DNA of 64,000 nucleotides from Chara braunii (taxonomy: Eukaryota > Plantae > Charophyceae): assembly GCA_003427395.1 (NCBI GenBank), contig BFEA01000022.1, positions 114,504 through 178,503 on the forward strand, read 5' to 3'. The notes beneath the pieces were generated by a model. The model did no database searches and had not been told where the DNA came from. It was given only the letters and a program-made list of their open reading frames with translations. Shown one piece after another: positions 25,391 to 39,800 of this stretch; the stretch's first letter is position 1, and each line of letters begins with the position of its first letter. The translations under genes were made by a program, and so were the position numbers.

Positions 25391-27686
25391 GCACCACAGT
25401 CCGTGCACGACACTCTTGCAGTCCGCACCTCGCTGCCACCCCGCTGTCGCGCCACCGCCCACGCACCGCACTCCCCACAGCCCCACGCGATGTGCACCCC
25501 GACCTGTCCCCACCGTGGATGCGAAGCAACGAACGCTCCGATAACCTCCTCTCCCCCCCGCGCTAAGAAAAAAAACAAAAATCCACTGTCGACGCACCAC
25601 ACTCCCCACAAGCCCACACACGGCGGCGCTTGGTACCACACCGCACTTTCGCAGTCACACACAGCTGCGCTCGGTACTGCCCCGAAACGGCGTGCCCTAA
25701 TTCCCTTGCCCCGGGCCCGCCCGCGTCCGCCCCCTTGGCCTGGAACTCGCCCTTGCGCCAGTTCCCCCTCCTCCACCTCGGCCTCGCCCCTACGTCGGTT
25801 CGCCTGGCCGGTTCTGCCCTTCCACGGGTTTCCCTTGGGCCCGCGACCAAGCATGTCGCAGGGACCTTTGTAACTTTTATTAGTATAGAGAAAAAATGAA
25901 AAAACAGAAATCCCTCAAGCAAAAGTTCTTCACTTTTTTTTTTTTGTAGGAAAAATAAAAAGTTTTTTTTGTTTTTTATCTCAAATTTGGTAAAGAAGTT
26001 TGATATGACCCCAAGACAAAAGTTGTTCAGTTTATTGTTTGGCATAACATATATTTTTTTCAAATGTTTCTGATTTTTTTTTTTTTTTTTTTCATGACCG
26101 CGGACTGCAGTCATGACCACGGCCTCGCGGTCGAGACTGCGGTCCATGGTTGTGCCCGCGGCGACCGCGACTACGGGGGATTCATAGTGGTAGAACACTA
26201 TCTTGAGCTTATGCGAGCGGCTGCTTTTAGAGTAATTACGGATCAGACCAAGATTACACATCTGCTAGACTGCAAGAGTTCGGATGGCAGAAGAGTGATC
26301 TTACATGCAATAGCAGAGACCATCTTACCTGGACAACAACTTGTAGATAGTCTGGCTGGAGGCACTAGAGGCAGCCCAAGGCAATGATAGTAGAATGTAA
26401 CCATTGGTAGAGGATGGTTAGATTAAGTGACTAAAACTGACAATCCTTTCAAAATACTAAGGCATGACGTCTGTAAGGAAGGGCGTCTCGTAGTCTATGT
26501 TTCAGTAGTTAGATTCTTTAAGACCAACGGGCTTGATGTGAGGGTCTATGCCCGGGAAGGAATAAAATAAGAAAAGGGTTATTTAGAGTGCCTAAGAAGA
26601 GTGTACATTCATCACTTAAGAGTAAGGAGACTACTTCAAAATTTGCATGATTGAACCCTCACCTGACAATGGAAGAGATTTTGTTATGGCTTAGGGTCAT
26701 GCTAGCTTCCTAGGAAGTAAACATATTTGGGAGAGGGTTGAAGGAAGGACGCTACCTGATAAAAACTCCTCGGTCATCTCACGCTTAATACAGGATTTGA
26801 AACCCTTCACGGTAGAAGGAGCGTTTCCTTATGAAAGTGAGAGATACAACGCCCTAGCCATTCCTGAGGCAGAGGAGAAGGTGTACGTGTTAGTAACTCA
26901 CTTCATAGAGACCGATGAGTATAACATACGAATATACACTTTAATGACTAGGAAGATTTGGCGGCAATATACGGGGTGTCACGAGTGGGCACTCAGTCGC
27001 ATCTATAAATACAGGGACGGACTCAAGAAGGAAGGTAAGAAAGTTGTCTGGAGTGTGGAGCCCACCGAGTATGAAAATTTCTCAATTCCAAATAACTTCG
27101 TCAACAATGAGAACCGGGAGCCTATCCCTAATGTTGTTATAAAAGATAGGAAATAGTGCAGTATTAGTGTTGATGACAAACTATTGCAAGAGGATGCCCG
27201 GAAAAGGCAAGGCTGAGAGACTTAGTAGACACTAAAAAGGATTAGGCGGATCGAAGATGGAAAAGGATTGAGGTGGCGAAGAACAATCATGAGGGTCGTT
27301 AGGGAATTTGGTATTAGGCAATGTCTGGTTACTGCCCTACAATCACCGCAGCGCTAGACGCCCCAGTTTCTTTTACCTGTGAAGGAGCTTTTCCCTAGAA
27401 GATAGAACGTTGCATATCCTTGGAGGAGAAGCATGCCCTTGGGAAGATGTATATCCTTATAGTAAAGTTCCTCGACACTAGTGAGTACGATATCCGACCC
27501 TCTGTCCCTTCATTGAGGGAAAGAGGGACAGATCGTGAGTCTTTTGAAACTGGATTAGTAATATAATTGACCAAAAAAAGAAGAATTAGAGAGAAAAGGG
27601 ACAAAAGTAGTTAGTAACTTGACGCCAATTGTGTTTGATAGGATTCTGGAACCACTGTTGTCTGAAAGTTTTACCGTCGGTAAAAA

Positions 27687-29190
27687 TTGAGAGTCGATTA
27701 TAAACGCAATCCTGAGAGAGAAAAGGTCCAGGAAAAAAATAGGAGTTTAACCAGTAAGTTAAACAGGATGATCAAAGGACCGAATGCATGGCAGAGGCGT
27801 GTCAGTTCCTTCGAAGGGGACACAAAAGTGATGACTATCACGGTTCTTCGAGAGATGCTGAACAAAATACAGGCTGTGAAGACCGGAATGAACACTATGA
27901 ACGTCCGACTAGATCTTCGGAGAGCCAAAGTACGTCCGGAGAACATACCCTGCTTTGATTAGACCAAAGTTAGGGAGTTTTTAGAGGACTATGATGTCAT
28001 TGGGATGAGTCACGGTTGGTCAGATAAGCTGAAGTTGAAATCTCTGCTAGCCTACGTTAAGCCTAAGATGAGGGTGTCGGTGACAAAAACGACGCAAGGA
28101 CTGACAACATGGGCAAACATTAGATAAAAAATGTTGGAAGAGTATGCAAAGTATGACGTCCCAACAACCATGCAAAATTTGTTGGATGTACGACGCTCCA
28201 AATACGCTTCCAACTAGATCTTCTGAGAGCCAAAGTACCTCCGGAGAACATACCCTGCTTAGATGAGACCAAAGTTAGGGAGTTTTTAGAGGGCTATGAT
28301 GTCATTGGGATGAGCCACGGTTGGTCAGATAAGCAGAAGTTGAAATCTCCGCTAGCCTACGTTAAGCCTAAGATGAGGGTGTCGGTGACTAAAACGACGC
28401 AAGGACTGACAACATGAGCAAACATTAGACAAAAGATGTTAGAAGAGTATGCAAAGTATGACGTCCCAACAACCATGCGAAATTTGTTGGATGAACGGCG
28501 CTCCAAATACGCTACCCTCGACCAATTCCTGGACGATTTTGAGAGGGTTGTGCGGAGAGTGCCCTTCTTGGACGAGGCACATAAGTGTCATTTCCTGCTT
28601 ACAAACTTCACAGAGGATGAAAGGAAGAGTGTGGTAAGTCGAGCTGCCATCATCCTCTTAAGTGAGAAGAAGTGGTTAGGATGATTCATGAGTTACCTTC
28701 GGTGTCAAACCAAAAGTGGTGCCTGTAACAGATGAAAACAATAACTAATGCGAGAGAGAGAAACATTGAGGCAGTTGCGAGAGGAACCTTGAAGGTCGAT
28801 GAGGTTCTTGGTCTTCGTGTTACACTTGGTACCTTCGAGAAGTTGACCCTTCCTGCTTCAGCAACACAAACCCTAGTTGGGTCCGAAGAAGAAAAAGAAG
28901 AAAGGAAGAAGGAGAAGCAAAAGGAAAAAAGTGAGAGTGAGAGCGAAAGTAGTGATGATGATGACACTAAGCGAAGAAGAAAGGAAAGAAGAAAGAAATG
29001 AGATAGGAAGCGAGACCGAGATTGGATAAATGATAACAGGAGTCGAAACTGGCAAAGGAGAGATGACCCCTTACGATGTTATTATTGTGATAAGAAGGGT
29101 CGCACTCTAACCCGGTGCCCAACACTAGAAAAGGAGCTTGAAGAAGGGATTGTCAAGAAAAACGTTAATGGTCACATTTGTGATATGAAT
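27687..29190 (+). pseudogene. gag (decayed), with internal duplication and degenerate zinc knuckle
   Basis: IPCFD*TKVREFLEDYD; FLDDFERVVRRVP; RCYYCDKKGRTLTRC (CX2CX4HX4C with H>R); 27908-28208 duplicated at 28213-28513. Confidence 0.75.
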
Positions 29191-29558
29191 TGGAACAAGG
29201 TAGATTTCCGACTCAAAGGAGGGATGCGAGCAGTAATCTTAGAAAAGACTCAGGCCAATAAGGATAGAAAGAAGAATGTTAGGGTTAATGCTATCACATT
29301 TGATGATATTTTGCCTCCAGAGGTAGTGACCCGTGATAAAAGTTATAGAAGTCAAAGACTTACTGTATCTCATATCAGTCAGAAGAAGGTTGAAGAGAAA
29401 AAGTGGGAGAAGGCTCAAAGGGGGTTAGAGCAACTGATTGATGAGACCAAAGACCAAGTGAAGAAAGGAAAAGGAAAGGAAGCCGTCGGGAAGAAGAGAA
29501 AGGTGGTTTTGAGATCCGAGGCCGATGAAGGAGTCTCAATAGATGAAGTGGTGAAAAA

Positions 29559-32500
29559 TTGCTTGAAGAAACCGAGATCACCCTATCCTGGAAGGAGACA
29601 GTAGCCTTGGTGCCAAAGTTTAGAGAGGAACTCAAGAAGATGGTTGAGAGACGGAAAGTAAAGATCAATAGTCTAAAACTTTTTCCTAAACATGTGGAGA
29701 GAGTTTCGTCGGGTACTAAAATGAGATTTGGTAACATGTCGTGCAAATATTTGAATATCTCCGTAAATGACGTGAAAGTTAGAGTTCTAGTGGACTCCGG
29801 GGTTGAGATGATGTTCATGTCCTCAACCACGATGAAATCCTGTGGGCTCGGAATATACAAGAAAATTAATCACAAACTCTCCAATATACCCGGATTCCTG
29901 TCTTTAGAAGGGTCCATTGATGATATGCCTATTCGGATTGGGACTTTATGGAACGAGATCCTTGGGTTTGTGGTTCCCAACTTGGATCATGATCTCATCT
30001 TCAGAGCCCCTTTTCTACATAGGATGAAGGTTTGTGCGTTCTTTGGCCATGATGGGGCAGCCTGACTCTATCTCCAGGACCCTATCACTGGTCAATAACA
30101 GACTTGTGTGATAAGTGATAGGTACTATCCTCGTCATCAGTGACATGTTAACTCCCTTGAGCATAGAGAATCAAAAAAGTTGATAGAGGAAGTACGAAAA
30201 AAATGAAAGAGAGCAGGATAACGGACGAGGAGACAACGATTAAAGTAAATGATATTGGAAAGATGCTCAAGCTCTTGGATGAAGCCAAGCAGTTGGGCGA
30301 TAAGAGAGAGAGAGAGATGAAAAGTGGGAACGATGCAACTCACCTTCTCTGCAACTAAGTTTTTTTTAGGAAGATAGTCATCCGATCCAAGAGGAGTATA
30401 AGCGCAAGGACATTAAGAAAAATTTGGTGGTATTTCTGATAGAGAAAGATTACAATGAGGCATTCGAGAAGGAAATAAAGATAATCAAAGGATTGAGAGA
30501 GACGACATTAAAAGCAGGAAGAATTATCCAAGGAAGGTTTAAGATAATGAAGGTAGGAGCAGATGACTTTCTTCTACTTGCTCAGCAGGATTTTATCTGT
30601 GAATTGTGTCAAACGTACAGTGGTGCCTTTTCCTTTAATGATGAGGAGAGGGGACGATTGGACGTTGACATGATTAAGATGGTCAAAATCTGAACTATTC
30701 CTCAAACACCTTGGAACGACATAACCACTAAGTATGCTCAGAAAGAAGAAGAAGAGGTAATGAATTACCTAAACCGAAAAATAATTTCCAACGTCGTGGA
30801 ACCAGCAAATGACGCTTACGCCAATCACTAGTTTTGTTCTCGGAAGTCGGGCGAAGGCCTACGCTGAATACAAAACTTGCGAAAGTTGAATTCAGTAACA
30901 GTCTATGACGCAGGTAGCTTACCCAACACGAATCTGTTGGCTGAGTCTTTCGTTGGAAGACGCATCTACTCCCTAATAGACTTATATTTTGGGTATGACC
31001 AATTCCCCATAGACCGTACTAGTTGACCGATGACCGTCATGCATACACCAAGAGGCCTCATACAAATATGTGTGGTGCCTCAAGGGTGGACGGATGGGGT
31101 CGCGGTTGTCCAACGAGACATGTTGAAGGTCGTGGAGGACATATGTCCAGATGTTACGTTCCTATACATTGATGACAATCCGGTTGAAGGACCGAAGGAA
31201 AAGGATGGGACTTTAGTGAATGGTCGAGTCAGACGGTTTATGCGGGAACATGCACAAAGAGTGGCGAAAGTGCTGGAAAAGTTGACCAAGTACAACATGA
31301 CTGGCAGTGACTGTTGTGGACCAAAGTTGCTACTGTTCGAACAGGAGGTAATAATATTGGGTTTTACGTGCTTCTTAGAAGGAAGGAACCTTGACCCAAA
31401 GAAGGTGGATAAAATCTTGAACTTGCGTATGCCTCCAAAGACGGTTGGGGAAGTAAGGTGCTTCCTAGGGGTCTGTGGCTTCTGGCGGATCTTCATTCCG
31501 GGGTTTGCCAAGATAGCGAAACCCCTTAGACAGATGGTGCGACAGAGAGCTAGCCTAGAAGAGTCTGATCAAAGAGAGACAACGAAACGAGCACTTCAAG
31601 ACAAGCTAAGAGATGGTGGGGTCGTATCAATGAATTTAGGAGTGCTCCACTTTGACGATGAAAGGGAAATACCTTTCATTATTGAGGCCGATGATGGTCC
31701 AATAGCCTTAGGGGGAATGCTTGTGCATCGAGATGAGGATGGTAAAAAGAGGCCTCTTAGGTTGGAAAGCTGTACCCTTAATTCAGTTGAGAGATTATAT
31801 ATTCAGTGTCAGACGGATCTCCTAGCGATTTTATACTGTCTTAGAGTGTTCAGACACTATGTTATGGGACAAAGGTTCATCCTAAGGACGGATTACATGG
31901 TGGTGATTGAAGTTGTCAAGAGGGGAATAGGTAGACGCTACGGTCAGTAGGTGGATTGCTCACATATGGACGTGCGATTTCGTATTAGAAAATTGATAAG
32001 AATTGGGCCGATGGGTTAAGCCGCGTGGAGTGGGGGTCAATAGATGAGGAATCCCTTGAGGAGGCGCCCTTCGTCGGCGAGTTCCTTATGGAAGACAACG
32101 ATGGAGGGTTACCTCATCCTCCTTGTTATACGGCTTCGGCCATGGCGACCAGTAGAAAATGTTACTGGGGAGAAAAGGAAGATCCCTACCTTCACTACCT
32201 CCTGACTCAAGAGGTTGAGTAGGAAGGGTGGTCTAGGATGCTCGAACAAGTCGCTGTTGCAACTCATGAGCTAGCTGAGAGTTCAAGAATGGTTGAACGT
32301 CGATTGAAAGAGATAAAAAATGGGTTAGAAAACCAGGAGCAAAGTAAGGATGTTGACGAAAGAATTAGGAAGGAAGAATATGATGGAAAATAAAAGAGGA
32401 TCGGTATAGTAATGAACAATAATCAGTTGGACGAGTTCTATAATGAGAGGACAAGAAGGACCTTTACGCTACGTAGGGGTCACATTTTTGTAGATGCTAA

Positions 32501-33595
32501 GGAAGGACTGTCACCGCTAAGAGTGGTGTATAGTAAGGAAAGACAACTAGAGGTGATCGCTGAAATGCATGAGGGTTTAGCAGGGGGTCATAGGGTTGCT
32601 GATGCTACATACTATAAAGTATCCTGACTTTGTCATTGGATGGTCTAAAGGATATGGTTATGAGATATTGTAAGTCATGTGAAGCCTGTCAGAAAATGTC
32701 ATCTATGAGATTGATTCAACCCTTATACCCCACTGTTCACCTTGATCTAATTACTATGCCACCTTGTAAGGATGAAATTAAATATGTATTAAATATGAGA
32801 GATAATATGTCTGGTTATGTTGAAGTCAAAGTCATGTGAAGACGTAAGAAAACCACAAAAGCAGTGACAGATTCAATCGAGGAAATCTACCTAAGGTACC
32901 CCTTCATACGTGAGTTCGTGGCTGATTAGGGATTAAAATTCAAGAACGAGATGATCAGAAAGCTTATGTTCAGACTTGGTGTCAGGGTCAGATTTGTGAC
33001 ATCTTATCATCCTCGCGCTAATGCACCAGTTGCGAGAGGTCACATGACACTGAAGGATGCTATATCAAAATGGTGTCAAGGTGACTCTAAGAATTGACCA
33101 TTTTTATTGAGAGCGGTTGTCTATGCTGACAATGTGACTGTCAAACGGACTACGGGTTATGCACCTATTACAGTCTGGTACGACCGGTATGCTACTTCTC
33201 CCATTGAGAACCTGTTTAAGACTTGGACCCATGACACACAGAGAGAGTCATACTCCATAAAGGAGTTGCTGAGACTGAGGATCGGGCAAATCAAGGACGT
33301 GGATGAGGTCATAATTGAGGCTACGAAGAGGATGCTCGACAACAGGTTATCATATCAGACACGATGGAACAACAAGAGGTACATCAGGAAGGAACAACTT
33401 CACATCGGAGATATTGTATTTTTGCATGATACATCTCTCTAGATACAGTGAACCAAAAGATTAGAGGTCAGGTGGATAAGACTATGCAGGATCATCAGAG
33501 AAGTGTAAGGCAAGGCTCATGAGCTAACAGAGATAAATGGCACGAAATCCCATAGTATAGTATCTGGTTTCCGACTCCGAAAATTCATACTAAGA
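29559..33595 (+). pseudogene. pol (aspartic protease, RT, RNase H, integrase), decayed
   Basis: VLVDSG (PR); PQGWTDG...LYIDDNPVEGP (RT); FIIEADDGPIALGGML...RPLRLES (RH); HEGLAGGH...CEACQ and VHLDL...YHPRANAPV (INT); many stops and frameshifts; no chromodomain seen. Confidence 0.95.
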
Positions 33596-33689
33596 GATGC
33601 AGATTTGATTCCGATTTCGGGCAGAATGCTGAGGCGAGGTCAGTGAGCCGTCTAGCTTCAGCCTCGACACGTCGGGTCGTGGCCAGTGT

Positions 33690-34045
33690 GCCCTTAACGT
33701 CAGCTGGAACGTGGTCAGTGTGCCGCCAACCGCGGGGTCATTATGTGTTGGGACGTGGCCAATATGCCGCCAACTATCGATGATGATTATGTGTTGGGAC
33801 GTGTCAGTATGTCGTCAGCTATCGATGCTGATTATGTGTTGGGACGTGCACAGTATGCCGCCAACTATCGATGATGATTATGTGTTGAGACGTGGTCAGT
33901 ATGCCGCCAACTATCGATGATGATTATGTGTTAGACGTGGTCAGTGTGTATCCAACTACGGATGATGATTATGTGGAAGGACGTTGCCAGTGTGCCGCCA
34001 ACTATGGATAATGATTATGTGTTGGGACGTGGCCCATGTGCCGCG
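33690..34045. repeat. ~47-bp tandem array after the integrase
   Basis: GGACGTGGTCAGTATGCCGCCAACTATCGATGATGATTATGTGTTG, about 7 copies. Confidence 0.9.
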
Positions 34046-36893
34046 AGCTGCAGCCGACAGTCGGCTTGATATGATTATGGATGGTTATAGTATGATTTTG
34101 GAGGCCGAAGCTGGATACGAGCAGTGCATGATGGCTCGACTCTCAGTGGTGGACTCATGTGTCAGTCGGACCCAGATTGGCCCCAATTTTGTATAACTGT
34201 GAGTTAATTTTTTTAATTTCAGGTCATTGCATTGTATCTGGCTTGTCACATGTCGAGTCTTGGGGATATGCCTGAGGGATTGGGAGCCAAATTATAGGAT
34301 TTCAGTTCGTGCATCCAAATGGACTTTATTGGTCTGAATGACATTGTGAAATGAATGGTTGTGGGATAAAGTGATAATTTGTTTTCTTCCTCTCATAAGT
34401 CAGCACTCAATTGATGGGCCAACCTTTTCGTACGATTGCGTAAGGAGGATTGTCTAGCATCATCTGACACAAGTTGATTGTTTATCCCTGAAATACGGTG
34501 GTACTTGATCCAGTGAAGTGTTCTAGTGGCAAGGGACTCGACACCGCAGGGATGGGGTTCCTCTCCAGATGGGCTTTTGCGGTTAGGCACTGCCGAGCTC
34601 TGAAGGGATAGCTAGTCAGTCATGTATCATAGTCGATTGAGTGATCTGTCCGACCTTGTGGTCGGGGTGAAAATCACTTACCATCGCAGTGGATTGGAGC
34701 TTGCTGCATTCTTCATAATGGAAGGGGTGTTCCCTCTGCAGCCGCCGGGTTCTTGCAATGGTTCACCGGCGAGAATGTAACCACAGTGGCATCCGCTGCG
34801 GTGTCAACACTTATGTCCTTCACGAAGAGGCAAATAGTTTCGATGCGCTTCTTGAGCAAGATATGATTCCCTGAAGCAAGATCTTACAGGTTTCGAGGCT
34901 AGCTGGGTTGGCGGGGCGTCCGAGCCATCGTGGCTGATAGCTTCGAGCCCTCGGGTGGTTAGCCGTTCCCGGGTCGTTGCGTGGCGATCTGGTCTGCCTG
35001 CTAGAAAGGAAGGAGGCATCATGAGTCTCTCCCAGTAAAAATCCGACATTTGGCTAATCAAGGTGATAGACTCCTACTATCACTCTGATCGGGGTGTCTC
35101 TCGGGAGCCGTGTCTCCAGAGGTATTCCCTTGCCATCGGGCCAACCCAGGTATCCACAGCCCAGCTGACAACAAAGCCTTTATAGCCTCCTAGCCCACTG
35201 TTGCTAAGCTTACTTGTGGACTCGCTCTGCCTGACCAGCCTGGTCTGGTCGGGTGTTGGTTGGCTCCCCGCACGAGAAACAAGAGTCGGACGTTAGTTAA
35301 GAAGTCAAGCGAGTAAACGGAAGCTTTGATGTCGACTAATGAGCTTCCGAGCCATGAGTCTGCACTCATCAGAGTGAGGGCTTTATGAAGGGGTGTGCTA
35401 CTCCCCGTGAGTTGTTCTGAGCAAGGGCTGAGAGGGTGGTCGGACTGCCATGACTGGGAATCAGGACTGACTTTGCTCTACTTGCCGGGTTGAGTCAGCG
35501 GAGGAGCCTACCAACGCAAGCGGGGGCACTCTTAGAATGTCGAAAGGTAAAACTCTGAGGGTGAATGAGGAAGGAGTGTTAACAAGGGCCTTTAGGGGAG
35601 ACCCTTTTTTCATCTTTTTTTTTTGCATGACTTGACATCTGTTTTGCAGGTACCCTATAGCCAGACGAAGGCAACGAGGTTTGGTATGACCCGACAAGGG
35701 AACGACACAAGCCGACACACAAAGAGAAAGGGGTTTGGTATGTTCCCCCCTTATGAGGCAACCTTCAGTCCAGATGACCCGGATGATCTTGAGTTCGATG
35801 ATTGGTCCCATATCGACCCGTGGCTGAACTATGACTGGGATGCTGACGAGTGTTCTGTTGTACTGATGGGCTGCATGGATGAGATGGACCAACTCGATGA
35901 TGATGAGAGGCGTAGGACGGACTGAGATTCAGACTGCGAGGCCAAACTTAATGAGGGTTTTGATATGGGATTGAGACTGATTCAATGATGCAAGGAAATG
36001 GGATTGGTATTGTGATTTGAGTCTGTGATGAGATGACACTTGGGGGCAGTGGTCACACCATGCAAGATTTACGAGACTGATCGTTTTTAGATTTAATGGT
36101 GGTTTGGACCAGAGGTCCATGCTTTATTGATTAAGCACTCGAGCCCTCACGGATGAGCACCTTCGTAATTGGGCATATATTTTACATAATGCCTCTTTAT
36201 ATCAGATAGCATACAAGGCCGCATAGCTGAAGTTGACATATGAAGAACAGTGCAAGCATAATGCACAAGTGGTGGTCAGGCGACGCAGTTTGATGAATGA
36301 CGGGCGGATCTGGCACACGTGGCAACAGCGGTGGCGCAGGATGAGGTGGCTTTGGTAGGACGACGAGCTGGTGAGGATGAGGTTGAGTTGAGGAAGAAGG
36401 AGGATATGGTGAAGGGCATGATCTTGAGGGCGCCTCAAAACGAGGAGGCGGGACACGATAATGCTGCTCATATTTATATGCATAATATGCCATCTTCCCT
36501 GGCGATGGCGTGCACTCATTCCAGTTCTCTAGACGATGGCGTAGCCTTACCCCTTCCCATCTCTCCTCCTCCTCTCCTTCCTTTTCCTCCTCTGACCTTT
36601 CCCTCTCACGAGTCAGGTCGATTGGCCGATCAACTGCTCTCCCCTGACGGGCACCTTTCCCTCAAACAGCACCCGACCCGCGTGTGTTTGCAAGTCACTG
36701 AGCGATGATAGCACAAGTGCTGCGAGGGTGCAAGCAAGCAGAGAACAACGATGGCAACAATACAAGCGAGAGCACGATATCGTTGCGCACTCGTTTGAGT
36801 GGAATTGAAAGCGAATGATAGAAGTAATGGACTTATAGCCTCTTATAGTAGAGGGATCCTGGCGAGGACGTCAGTAATGGGGTTTGGTATGGT

Positions 36894-39800
36894 TGTCGGA
36901 GGCCAACGCGGCTCGTCAACGTGTAGTTGACTCGTCGCGGTCAGCCTCCTTGTCGTATCAATCTCAAAGGTTGCTTGCGGTCACAATCAACAAAATGTTA
37001 ACGCACTGGTTGGTCCCCTTGGGTCGAGTCAGCGGACAAGATGGCACGACGGTCCATCCCCATGGAAACTGAATCACGACCTTTGGGTTGAACCGCCGCA
37101 TCTGCAAGGGCCAAATTAGTAGGGCCCGGTCCAAACGGCACTGAAAACGGAGCAAGGGTTAGTGGAAAAAATACAATTGACCACTTAGGACCGGACCAAT
37201 ATGGCCAAATGACCTTGTCGGGAAAGGTATGGCCTGAAATGGTTAAGGGAATACGAGATTGTGCCCTTATTATGATTAGGAGGGGGGGTTTGATTTACTT
37301 TTAGAAAAGGTCGACCCTTCGTATTCCTAGGTCGGGCCAGTCCCAACCCGGTACTAATTTTAGCATAGGTCGTGTTATTTTTATAGCAAGCCCGTGCTAT
37401 TTTTAGCACAGGCATTGCTATTTGTAGCGCAGGCCGGTGCTATTTTTAGCACAGGTCGGTGCTATTTTTAGCGCAAGCCCGTGCTATTTTTCGCATGGGC
37501 CTTCGTATTCCAAGGTCGGGACTGTCCCAGTCCGACGCTATTTTTAGCGCAGGCCTGTGCTATTTTTAGCACGGGACCGACTGTTCGTGTTCCAAAGTCG
37601 GGCCTGTCCCAATCCCTCACTAATTTTAGCGCAGAGCTGTGCTTATTTTAGCACAAGCCTGTGCTATTTTTTTCCCTTGGATTGCTGCACTTGGGCCCGA
37701 CCACCTGGTGTCTTCACCATAAAAGAGAGGTCGTACCACTCAAGATGAGAGAAGACAACACATGCAGGAATCCAGCAAAGCCAGTGCGACATCTAAGAGA
37801 AGCCAAGACTAGAGCAAGGAGCGAGCAAGGGAGAGCGAGATGAGTAAGGACCAAGTGGAAAGGAGATAAGGGAGGAGAGCTGCAACATCGGGGCCATAAG
37901 GTCAGGCTTTTCTAGCTAAGACCGTAGCCCCATCTCGTGCCTCCTCTCCTCTTCCTTTTGTTTCCTCTCTTTCTCTCACTCTCTCTTCCCGACTCACTGT
38001 ATCTCTTTCGAACTATCCTGACTGCCCACCTTGGGCGCATTGTGCTCGCTTTATTTTGCTGCCCGCACCAAGTCTAGTTTCCGCGCACCGACTTCTAGTC
38101 GTGTGTGTCTGGCTCTTAATATGCGTGTCGGGGACCAACCCGTTATGAGCAACGTGTGCCTAAGTCCAAGATGCGGAGTTGAGCTACCCTATCAAACCTG
38201 AGACCGCAGGCTGCTGTTGGAGTGTATGGCCCCCCTTAGCACCCCTTGGCTGAATGGGAACAACGCACCCTCAACCGATGCGCCCTTACATTCGCTGCTG
38301 CTTTTGCCGTTGTGCGCCACACACACGTCATTTCGGATATGACAAGAGTTGTTGTGCGCCCACACGCACTTCATTGCCATTTCAGATCTGAGAAAAGTTG
38401 TTGTGTTTGATCTGACGAGAGTTGCTTCATGCCATTTCGGATCTTACGAGAGTTGTTGTGCAGTCACGCGCACTTCATTGTCATTTCAGATCTGAGAAAA
38501 GTTATTGTTTTGATCTAACGAGAGTTGCTTCATGCCATTTCGGATTTGACGAGAGGTAATTTGCACCCACGCACACTTCATTGCCATTTCAGATATGAGA
38601 AAAGTTGTTGTTTTGATCTGACCAGAGTTGCTTCACTGCTATTTCCGATCTGACGAGACCTGTTATGAGCTCACGCACACTTCATGGCCATATTCGATTT
38701 GAGAAAAGTTGCTGATGTTGTGCGCCCACATGCACTTCATTGCCATTTTGGATTTGACAAGAGTTGTTGTGCGCCCACACACACTTCACTGCCATTTCGG
38801 ATCTGTGAAGAATTATTGTGCGCCCATGGCCCCACACGCACTCCATTGCCATTTCAGATCTGAGGAAAGTTGTTGTGCGCCCATGTGCAATCGATTGCCA
38901 TTTTGATCTGACGAGATTTGTTGTGCGCCCACGTGCACTTCATTGCCATTTCGAACTTGAGAAGAGTTATTGTGTGCCCACGAGCACTCCATTGCTATTT
39001 CGGATCTGTGGGAAGTTGCTCATGCACATTTTATTACCACGCGAGTTCCTGAGGAACATTGCTGATCGTACCATCGTGCACGTGTGCACATTCCATATCA
39101 TTCAGATTTGTGGACGATGTTGACCTTTAGTCTGTGCGTCAGTGCGCGTTCCATTAAGGGCATTTGCTGATTTGAACAGTGCGCCACTGTGCATTCCGAT
39201 CAAGGACATTTGGTGATTTGAGACAGTGCGCCAATTCGCATTCCATCAAGGGCGTTTGCTGATTTGAATGTTTTGTTTGTGTGTCAGTGTGGATTCCATC
39301 AAGGTCTTTTGCAGAATTAAGATTGTGTGCTAGTGCGCATTCCATCAAGGATTTTTGCATATCTTGAGACTGTGTCCCTGTGCTATGCACACTATCGGAT
39401 TTGACACGAAGCACCAATGTGCACTTTACCGATATTACCAATATTTGATATGAGTGCCCATGCCAAGTGTCACTTATTTAGCGAGCGTCCAGGCCCAGTT
39501 TTGGTGTTTTAGTGCACGCCTATGCTCGGTGCCGCTATTTGCGTGTGCGGCCATGCGCGCCCAAGCTTAGTGCAGTTATTTGAGTGCATGCCCATGCTCG
39601 CCCATGCTCTGTATGACTATTTGAGTGTGCGCCTATGCGTGCCCAGACCCGATATTACTATATGAGTGTTTGCCCATGTGCGCCCGAGCTCGACATGGCT
39701 ATTTGAGTGCGCGCCCATGCGTGCCCAAGCTCGGTACTACTATTTGAGTGCGCGCCCATGCTAGGCATTGCTGCCCCAGTGCGCCCCCATGCTTAGAAGT

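Larger units (their letters stand above)
21913..26179. mobile_element. Nested non-autonomous TIR DNA element (CACTA/CMC-like)
   Basis: Termini CACCCGCGGTCG / CGACTACGGGGG (imperfect inverted); dense GACCGC/GCGGTC subterminal repeats at both ends; 2-bp AT duplication; host frame rejoins across it. Confidence 0.7.
21100..27156 (+). pseudogene. Extra ORF remnants upstream of gag, split by the nested insertion
   Basis: Protein-like fragments (EQCVTCEH; CNPICPWSRVLDTNEYDVRPYVP; FIVVEHYLELMRAAAF; KPFTVEGAFPYESERYNALAIP). The frame reads ...SYVFIVVEHY... once 21913-26181 is removed. Confidence 0.45.
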
